Of a stretch of 64,000 nt of DNA, positions 36,065 through 42,723 are shown piece by piece; the first letter of the stretch is position 1; each line of letters starts with the position of its first letter. The DNA comes from Thermoplasmata archaeon (GTDB lineage: Archaea > Thermoplasmatota > Thermoplasmata > Lutacidiplasmatales > UBA184): assembly GCA_022750195.1 (NCBI GenBank), contig JAKIWE010000005.1, positions 99,531 to 163,530 on the forward strand, given 5' to 3'. The position numbers were made by a program, and so were the translations under genes. Under the pieces are notes generated by a model. That model made no database searches. It was given only the letters and a program-made list of their open reading frames with translations, and was not told the DNA's origin.

Positions 36065-36939
36065 GCGGGCCGACGCCCGGGCGATCGATCGGCCTCCGCG
36101 AGCTCGGCAAGTTCCTCGAGATCCAGAACCTCGGGCTAAATCTCCCGTTCGCGCTGGGGTTTCTGTTGCTGGCCGCGCGGGGGCTGCCCACGCTCCCGAC
36201 CTTTCTCCTCGTGGTCGTCGCCTTCGTCGCCGCGCGCAACGCCGGGCACAGCTTCAACCGCTGGGCCGACCGCCGGTTCGACGCGCGCAACCCTCGGACC
36301 CAGCACCGGGCCCTGGTGACCGGGCGCCTGTCGCCCAGGTTCGCCTTGGGACTGACCGCCGCGAGCTCCGCCGTCGTGATCGTCGCGGCGGGGCTGTTGA
36401 ATCCCCTCGCGCTGATCCTGAGTCCGGTGGCCCTGGGAGCGATCTTCCTCTACAGCTACAGCAAGCGGTACACCGCCCTCACGACCGCCTACCTAGGGTT
36501 CGTCGAGGGGATCACGCCCGCGGCCGTGTTCATCGCCGTCACCGGCACTCTCCCATGGGCAGCGGTGGCGGCGACCCTTGCGCTCTTGGCGTGGGGGACC
36601 GCCTTCGAGACGATCCATAGCCTGGGGGACATAGAGGCGGACCGGGAGGCGAACCTTCGCTCGCTACCGGCTCGCCTCGGTGTGCGCCGCTCCCTCCTCC
36701 TCCTCCCGTTCCTTCACGCCGCGGGCGTTCTCCTGCTCGCCGTCGTGGGGAGACTCCTCCAGGTGGCCCCGGTCTACTTCGTCGCCCTCGCCGGTATGGC
36801 CGCCGTGGCGGCCGTCATCGATGTCGGCGTTGCCCTGCGCCCGTCGGAGACACGACGGCCGTTTCGGCTGCATTTCCTGGGGGGAGCCCTGTTCCTCGTT
36901 GGTGTCGCGGCCGCGCTCTTCGTCTCCATCCCTCTATAG
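36061..36939 (+). CDS. UbiA-family aromatic prenyltransferase
   Basis: The first Asp-rich motif is NRWADRRFD (NxxxDxxxD), and about 8 TM helices follow. The GTG overlaps the ubiD stop (GTGA). Confidence 0.85.
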   Translation: MSGPTPGRSIGLRELGKFLEIQNLGLNLPFALGFLLLAARGLPTLPTFLLVVVAFVAARNAGHSFNRWADRRFDARNPRTQHRALVTGRLSPRFALGLTAASSAVVIVAAGLLNPLALILSPVALGAIFLYSYSKRYTALTTAYLGFVEGITPAAVFIAVTGTLPWAAVAATLALLAWGTAFETIHSLGDIEADREANLRSLPARLGVRRSLLLLPFLHAAGVLLLAVVGRLLQVAPVYFVALAGMAAVAAVIDVGVALRPSETRRPFRLHFLGGALFLVGVAAALFVSIPL

Positions 36940-37050
36940 ATACTAGATGAATTGAAGCATACCCGGGCCTCGGCACGGAGCGTTCACGGGACCTTAGGTA
37001 TCGTATTGGCTCGCCAAACGTTATCTCGCCCCCCTCTCCTCGCGTGGGCC

Positions 37051-37401
37051 ATGCCGCAGGTCATGATCGGCCTCTCTGCGCGCGACTACCGTACCACTAA
37101 CGAGGTCTGGCGCATGGCGAAACGCCATCTCAATCCTCTCGTTCGTCGTCGAATTGGATGGCGGGGGCGCTCCAGCTTCCTTCGTCAGCTCATCCTTTAT
37201 GGGTTCGAGAAAGCGAGCGAGAATCCTGGGGACTTCCTTCGCGCGGTCCGCGACACCCACGACCCGATGTTTGGGAAACGGGGACGGACGGAGGCCGGCG
37301 CCGATCGACGAGAGCAACTGGTCGCCGCGTGGGAGGCGTTCTTCCCGTCATCGGCCGCCTCGGCTCGAGGTCGCGCCAAGCGCGCTGCCGGGAAGAGCTG
37401 A
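37051..37401 (+). CDS. small basic protein (hypothetical)
   Basis: This is the 3' part of track ORF 36952..37401. ATG 37051 lies about 29 nt after an A/T-rich box. I recognise no motif. Confidence 0.35.
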   Translation: MPQVMIGLSARDYRTTNEVWRMAKRHLNPLVRRRIGWRGRSSFLRQLILYGFEKASENPGDFLRAVRDTHDPMFGKRGRTEAGADRREQLVAAWEAFFPSSAASARGRAKRAAGKS

Positions 37402-37470
37402 TCGTCCGCCCACCCTGGTTCGTCGTGCCGCCCGCGTCTCCGTCGCGGGTCCCTCGTCGAGGAGACGCCC

Positions 37471-39360
37471 GTGACGCGTGAGGTGCTAGGCCTCCAGGGG
37501 CTGGCCCTTCCCGGGTACGCGGACTTCGGTCCGTTCCGAATCCCGATCCCGTGGGTGCTCGACGTGCCGGGTGGGCAGTCAGAGCTTCCTGGGTCGGCCG
37601 GACCGACTTTGGCTTCCTCTATCGACCCGGGCTCCGACGGCCAATGGCGCCCGCTTCGACTCACCGACGGTCGACACGATCTCACGCTGAAGTTTCCGGT
37701 CCTGGCGCCCGAGGTCAGCGGCTCGGGCGAGGCGCGGCCCGTCGCCGAGCGGGTCTGGAGTCTGCTCTACCCTCCTCCAGAGAACGACTGGACCTCGATG
37801 GTGGCGGCCCGGCCCGAGGTCATCGTACTCGCCAACGGTCGTCACCTGCTCTCCGAGGGCGAGCCGTTCGTCGCCGCCCTCGAGGAGATTCGACGCCGGC
37901 TGGGAGCGCGGCCGCTGCTGTGGGTTCCCCGCGTCGGGCTTCCCCACCGATTGGCACTCCTCGCCTACCTCGGGATCGACCTCGTCGATGCGACCGAGGC
38001 GGTGCTGCGGGCGGTGGCCGGGTCCGTGCTCGACCCCACCCTCGGAATCGTCGACGCAGCGGATCCGAAAGTGCCGTGGACCTGCGGATGCGACGGCTGC
38101 CGGGTGGGGGGAGCTGCCGGCCGGGTTCTCCACGCCCGCCTCCTCCTCCAACGAGAAGCCGAGTTCGTTCGCGATGCGGCGCGGGTAGGTCGCCTCCGCG
38201 AGCTGGCGGAGAGCCGGCAGACCTCGGAGCCTCTGCTTGCAGAGCTCCTGCGGTACGCCGACGGTCGCTTGGGCGCCTCGCTCGAACAGCGAACGCCCGT
38301 CGTGGGTTCGGGTACGACGACCTACGTGCTCCGCGAGTCGAGGCGCCGGCCGGAGGTGGTCCGGTTCCGGGCGCGCTTCCTCGCTCGGTATCGACCCCCC
38401 CCTTCGAAACGCGTGCTCCTGTTGGTGCCCTGCTCCAAGACCAAACCGTACCGCAACTCCCGCAGCCATCGCGCCTTCGCGCGCGCATGGCAGGATCATC
38501 CGGGAGCCGACCGCCTCCATGTCGTCTCCGTCACGTCGCCGCTGGGACTCGTGCCCCGAGAGCTCGAGGACGTCTACCCGGCGCGGCACTACGACATTCC
38601 GGTGACAGGAGTGTGGGAGGAGGACGAACGGCGCGCCGTCCTCGCCGCCCTGCGGCACCTGCTCGACCACGGTGCCTACGAGCAGGTCGTCGCCCACCTC
38701 GACCCCGAGGAGTACGACTTCCTAGGTCCGGCCCTCTCACCCCCGGTGCCGGCCCGCTGGACGCTCGTCGACGGCCGGACGACCCACCCCGAGGCCATCG
38801 CACGGTTACGCGAGGCGGTCGACCGGGCGCTGGAGGGAACCGCCCGAGTCCAAGGGGGCCGGCTCGGAATGGTGCGCGAGGAGCTCGAAGCCTTGGCGTC
38901 GTTCCAGTTCGGGTCGATCGCTGCGCGACAACTCTTCGCGCCGCCGTTGCGCCTGATGGGTCGCCCCTGGTTTCAACGGCTCGTCGACCCCCACGGAACC
39001 GACCTAGCGACGTGGCGAGAGGAGCGCGGAATCTTTCAGCTTACCGTCGCCGGGGCCGAACGCCTCACCGGTACGACCGAGTGCGATGTGGAAGTCGTCC
39101 CGGACCTGGAACTCGTAGGCGACCTCTTCGTCCCTGGGGTAGCGAACGCTTCCGCCTCGATCCGCGTGGGCGATGCGGTACGTCTGACTCGGGGCGGCGC
39201 GCTGGTCGGAGTCGGGGAGGCCAAACTTCCCGGAACTCTGATGCTCGAGCTCGACCGAGGGCTCGCGGTGACCGTCCGTCACCGTGCCCACCCCCGACCG
39301 CTCGCCAGCCGACAGGGACATGACCGCGTAGGAGTCCCATCGGCGGGGCCGGTGGTCTAG
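37471..39360 (+). CDS. arcS: archaeosine synthase ArcS (TGT-like/DUF5591/PUA)
   Basis: The TGT-type Zn motif is CGCDGC...H. The exact ArcS signature PC-x3-KPY-x2-S-x2-H appears as PCSKTKPYRNSRSH at 38428-38469. A C-terminal PUA-like domain is present. Confidence 0.88.
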   Translation: MTREVLGLQGLALPGYADFGPFRIPIPWVLDVPGGQSELPGSAGPTLASSIDPGSDGQWRPLRLTDGRHDLTLKFPVLAPEVSGSGEARPVAERVWSLLYPPPENDWTSMVAARPEVIVLANGRHLLSEGEPFVAALEEIRRRLGARPLLWVPRVGLPHRLALLAYLGIDLVDATEAVLRAVAGSVLDPTLGIVDAADPKVPWTCGCDGCRVGGAAGRVLHARLLLQREAEFVRDAARVGRLRELAESRQTSEPLLAELLRYADGRLGASLEQRTPVVGSGTTTYVLRESRRRPEVVRFRARFLARYRPPPSKRVLLLVPCSKTKPYRNSRSHRAFARAWQDHPGADRLHVVSVTSPLGLVPRELEDVYPARHYDIPVTGVWEEDERRAVLAALRHLLDHGAYEQVVAHLDPEEYDFLGPALSPPVPARWTLVDGRTTHPEAIARLREAVDRALEGTARVQGGRLGMVREELEALASFQFGSIAARQLFAPPLRLMGRPWFQRLVDPHGTDLATWREERGIFQLTVAGAERLTGTTECDVEVVPDLELVGDLFVPGVANASASIRVGDAVRLTRGGALVGVGEAKLPGTLMLELDRGLAVTVRHRAHPRPLASRQGHDRVGVPSAGPVV

Positions 39361-39418
39361 CGGTGATGACGTCGCGCTTACAACGCGGAGGTCGACGGTT
39401 CGAATCCGTCCCGGCCCA
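39346..39418 (+). tRNA. tRNA-Val (anticodon TAC)
   Basis: I folded it by hand. The acceptor is GGGCCGG/CCGGCCC. The anticodon stem is TCGCG/CGCGG with loop CTTACAA. The T-arm is GACGG-TTCGAAT-CCGTC. The discriminator is A and no CCA is encoded. The first 15 nt overlap the arcS 3' end. Confidence 0.95.
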
Positions 39419-39618
39419 GTAAACCCCAGGGGCAGTACCGATTCGCCGAAAATTGCACTACCCCCTCCGCCGCCGTCCGGGAGCCGGCCTCGGCGCGGAT
39501 CGATTTCGTCCGATCCAACCAGGAGTCCCGCGGTCAGTTCCTTCGATCTACTTGCACGCCGGACGGGCCTTCGGCAGCGCTCGAGACGCTTCTCCCACGT
39601 TCCCGGCGTGCTCTCGAG

Positions 39619-40560
39619 TCAACCCTCGGATTGAAGTGGAGATGATTCGGGCGGAGCCGGCTGAAGCGGAACATCGAGCCAATGGCTTGGCGCCCCCCAC
39701 CAGGTCTTGTCCCCCGAGGTCTCGACCGACAGGTAGGCGACCCACTGGGCACGATACAGCCCTCCCGCTTGCGAAGGGAAGTTGCCCGCTTCCGGGGGAA
39801 TTTCAATTTCAAAGCTCCCTTCGGCAGGGTCCCGAAGAGCTGTCACATCAATGTCGACGGAGTAGTCGGGCACGACCCGGTAGCGCCCCGTCCATGGGCG
39901 ATCCGGGTCGTGTCGGATATCGATTCGGCGACCGACACCCGTTCGCGACACGATGAGCGCCTTACCTTTCGGATTGAGGATTCGCCAGGTCCCACGAACC
40001 GTCGAACCCGGTGTGACCTCGCTAGTGTCCAATGAGAGGCCGAGATCGAGCTCCTTGGCCGGGGAAAGGTTCGTCGCGCTCAGGAATACTCCAAGAATCG
40101 GGATGGAACGCGTCACCACAATCCCGACGCGTTCGTGGATATCTCGCCCAAGCGGAACCTCGACGCGCGCGTCCAGCGAGTACTCCACAAAGACTCCCTG
40201 CTCGTCGGACGAGCCCCAATATCCGCGGTCGACCCCTCTCGGTGTGGTCTGTAACGTCGGAGAAAGCCCCGGTGGGATGGAAAACGCGAAGGGGATCCGG
40301 TGCGTTCCGGGATCGAGCACTTGTTCGGACGCCAGGGTTCCCAACGCGAAGAATCGGTAGGGAGTCTCCAGAGAATCCGATCTCCACGGAACGTTGCCTC
40401 CCTTCGCTCCGGCAACGATCACTTCCTCGCCTCCTCGGAGAACGAGGCTCAGCTTCGACATCGGAATCGGGTGATCGTTCGCGACCACGAGGATCCCGCT
40501 GAGCGACGTCCCCGCCTGAACCTTGTCCGGAACCCTCTCGAACCCGAGGCTCGTCGCCAC
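39619..40560 (-). CDS. arrestin/Spo0M-like two-lobe beta-sandwich protein (hypothetical)
   Basis: Two repeats show the arrestin-like pattern, for example FERVPDKVQAGTSLSGILVVAN and LSLDTSEVTPGSTVRGTWRILNPKGK. Codons ending in A/T are much more frequent than in neighbouring genes. GTG 40560 is preferred, because the track ORF's extra N-terminus up to 40659 is Pro/Arg-rich. Confidence 0.5.
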   Translation of the reverse strand: MATSLGFERVPDKVQAGTSLSGILVVANDHPIPMSKLSLVLRGGEEVIVAGAKGGNVPWRSDSLETPYRFFALGTLASEQVLDPGTHRIPFAFSIPPGLSPTLQTTPRGVDRGYWGSSDEQGVFVEYSLDARVEVPLGRDIHERVGIVVTRSIPILGVFLSATNLSPAKELDLGLSLDTSEVTPGSTVRGTWRILNPKGKALIVSRTGVGRRIDIRHDPDRPWTGRYRVVPDYSVDIDVTALRDPAEGSFEIEIPPEAGNFPSQAGGLYRAQWVAYLSVETSGDKTWWGAPSHWLDVPLQPAPPESSPLQSEG

Positions 40561-40755
40561 GGGCGCGCGCGAGTGTGCCCGGCGGCATAAGGGTCGGGGG
40601 TTCCAATGCCGTGGAGCGGGGCTGGCTGCTGGGTCCGTTTCCGATGGCAGGTGCCTCAACGGGAGACGACGACCCGAGACGACCCCCTATGGTCGGACCG
40701 CTCGCTCGGCCCACGGGCCTGCGAGGAGAACGTCGAGCGCGTATCGGCGGAACTC

Positions 40756-41502
40756 CTAGGAGGGGTAGTACACCCCGACGACCGAAGCCCCGCTGAAGGC
40801 CGTGTAGCCCGACGTCGGATTCTCGTTGTACCCGTTTACGCCGAAACTGTACGTGCCCGCCGCCGTCACGTCCCAGCTCCTGACCAGGGTCACGGTGGTG
40901 TAGTAGTCCCCGTTGGGAATCGGGCCGTTTTCGACGGCCACTTGGACCAGGGTGGAACAGTCGGACGTCGAGTTCGAGAGCGTGAGGACCGTGCCGGAAT
41001 AGTTGTAGGTCCCGTTGGCGGTCTTGACGTCCTCCACCCCCACGATTGCGGTGACTACGATCGTGCCGGGGCGACTCACCGTGAAGTTCACGGTCGCGCC
41101 GGTGTATCGAGCACAGCTAGGGGTCGTGAACTCCCCATACGGCGGAGAACCGGTGACGATGATCGCGCCGGGACCGGCGGGACCGGGCAGCCCCTGAGGG
41201 CCGCTGGACCCGGGGAGACCCTGGCTTCCGTTCGCCCCGTGGGGGCCGGGCGCTCCTTGGGAGCCCGAGGGACCCTGACCGCCGGCCGGGCCCGATGCCC
41301 CGGTAGCTCCCGTGGCGCCAGACGGCCCGGCGTGCCCAAGGAGGCTGAACCCCAACGCGCCGCCCGCTAGAACAAGAGCGAGGGCGCTCAACACCACCGC
41401 GAGACGCCCGACACGCGAGGCGGCCGCGCTTCCGGAAACCGGAGGCGTCCAGGGTGATTCGTTCGTCGAGGTCGACGCTCGGGCGGGTTCCTCGGGAGCC
41501 AT
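40756..41502 (-). CDS. membrane-anchored collagen-like repeat protein with a C-terminal beta-rich head
   Basis: An N-terminal TM anchor (LAVVLSALALVLAGGALGFSLL) is followed by 19 uninterrupted G-X-Y triplets and a 136-aa Asn/Thr/Tyr/Val-rich domain with N-x-S/T sequons. A TATA-like box lies about 27 nt upstream. Confidence 0.7.
   Translation of the reverse strand: MAPEEPARASTSTNESPWTPPVSGSAAASRVGRLAVVLSALALVLAGGALGFSLLGHAGPSGATGATGASGPAGGQGPSGSQGAPGPHGANGSQGLPGSSGPQGLPGPAGPGAIIVTGSPPYGEFTTPSCARYTGATVNFTVSRPGTIVVTAIVGVEDVKTANGTYNYSGTVLTLSNSTSDCSTLVQVAVENGPIPNGDYYTTVTLVRSWDVTAAGTYSFGVNGYNENPTSGYTAFSGASVVGVYYPS
41167..41337 (-). repeat. collagen-type Gly-X-Y triplet array (19 units) inside the CDS
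   Basis: The array GHA GPS GAT GAT GAS GPA GGQ GPS GSQ GAP GPH GAN GSQ GLP GSS GPQ GLP GPA GPG was read directly from the translation (aa 56-112). Confidence 0.9.
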
Positions 41503-41522
41503 GCAAGATCGACGTCAAAGGG

Positions 41523-41535
41523 AGGATATTGACCG
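41523..41535 (-). promoter_or_regulatory. TATA-like box for the collagen-like gene
   Basis: GGTCAATATCCTC on the - strand lies about 27 nt upstream of ATG 41502. Confidence 0.4.
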
Positions 41536-41828
41536 TTCGATGGAGGGGCAGGCGGCCGTTGCGATGCGGCCGGCCCGCGGGACCGGGGCCGGCCAACTCC
41601 GCAACGCCGTGACCCTCCCGTCGCCCGAATCGGTTCGCCACGCGGTGAAAGCCGGAACTCGGTGCGTCGAAGACGCCCTCGGGGCCACCCTCGGCAATGG
41701 CCACGAGCACGGGCACCACCGACCGGTCCGTCGCCCCTGAACGACGCGTCCCCTACCGTAGCGGCGGACTTCTGCCCTGCGACTCGGCGTAACCGTTCTT
41801 ACGTCCTCGGGGTCTTGGCCTACCGCTC

Positions 41829-42569
41829 GTGACGGACCTGCGCGAGGGCGACGAACTCGCTCCAGCTGGTGAGCCTCCCACACGACTCCTCCCGGGGCGC
41901 CAGTCTCCCGGAGAGGACATGGGCCGGATTCTGGCGCTCACTGACGGCGTCTTCGCGTTCTCGCTGACGCTGATCGTCCTCTCCTTGGCCGTTCCCATGA
42001 TCACGGTGGCCCCCGGGGAGTCTCCGTCCCAAGTGTCGGGACGACTCGGGTACCTTCTCGGCCAGGACTACGGAACGTTCATTGGCTACGTCTTCGTGTT
42101 TGTGATGATCGCCGTCTGGTGGCTCACCCACCATCGGCTCTTCCGCTACATCGTCCGGTACGACGAGTTCCTGATCGGGCTGAACCTGGCCCTTCTCCTC
42201 GAGATCGCCGTGATGCCGTTCGCGCTGAAGGTGTACATCGACTACACCGACACCCAGGACGCGGTGATCCTCTTCGCCGTCATCCAAGCGGCCACCGGAT
42301 TCACGATGGCGCTGATCTGGTACTACGCGAGCTGGCGCCACCGCTTGATCCGGCGCACCATCCCCGTCGACGACGTGCGGTGGTTGGGGCGGCGGATCGT
42401 GTTGACCCCGCTGGTGTTCATCGTCTCGATCGGCGTGTCGTTCGTGAGCGTGACCGGGGCCGAACTTACGTGGATAGGGGCGCTGGTCGTGCAGCGCGTG
42501 AACTGGTGGGCGACGGCGATCCGCGCCGCCCACGAGATCACCTCGGCCTCCAAGAAGGAGCGCAGCTAG
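41829..42569 (+). CDS. TMEM175/DUF1211-family potassium channel homologue
   Basis: The TM1 signature variant is RILALTDGVFAFSLTLIVL (family consensus RxxxFSDGVFAI), followed by six hydrophobic helices. The start is GTG 41829 or ATG 41919. Confidence 0.75.
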   Translation: MTDLREGDELAPAGEPPTRLLPGRQSPGEDMGRILALTDGVFAFSLTLIVLSLAVPMITVAPGESPSQVSGRLGYLLGQDYGTFIGYVFVFVMIAVWWLTHHRLFRYIVRYDEFLIGLNLALLLEIAVMPFALKVYIDYTDTQDAVILFAVIQAATGFTMALIWYYASWRHRLIRRTIPVDDVRWLGRRIVLTPLVFIVSIGVSFVSVTGAELTWIGALVVQRVNWWATAIRAAHEITSASKKERS

Positions 42570-42723
42570 CGCCCTGGATCTCGTTCCCTCCGCCGGGACC
42601 TATTGGGCGGGTGGAGGGTTCCCCGAGCTTTGACGAGCGCTCTTCCCCTCCGTTGTGAGAAGTCCGCGGGTGATCCGGGCGCGTGGAATAGTGCATGAGC
42701 TCCCCCGGTTGTGGGGGTCCGCA

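Noticed and set aside
37551-39323. A 590-aa + strand ORF in an alternative frame of arcS.
   Set aside because: The arcS frame contains the exact PC-x3-KPY-x2-S-x2-H signature and a PUA domain. The alternative frame is Arg/Pro/Gly-rich.
40591-40620. A possible degenerate attachment-site repeat of the tRNA-Val 3' half (GTCGGGGGTTCCAATGCCG against GTCGACGGTTCGAATCCGT).
   Set aside because: Only about 13 of the first 17 positions match, and similarity is lost afterwards. No integrase or other mobile-element gene lies in the islet. This could easily be chance in 1.2 kb.
40606-41370. A + strand 254-aa ORF antisense to the collagen-like gene, also Gly/Pro-rich.
   Set aside because: GGN/CCN repeats read as Gly/Pro on both strands. 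Only the minus frame has perfect G-X-Y periodicity, a TM anchor, a compositionally protein-like C-terminal domain and a correctly spaced TATA-like box.
41503-41828. SRP RNA, RNase P RNA or a riboswitch in the large spacer.
   Set aside because: I found none of the conserved motifs I know, such as the SRP helix-8 GNAR loop with its conserved flanks or the RNase P CR-I/CR-V sequences. The region is left as unexplained rather than annotated.
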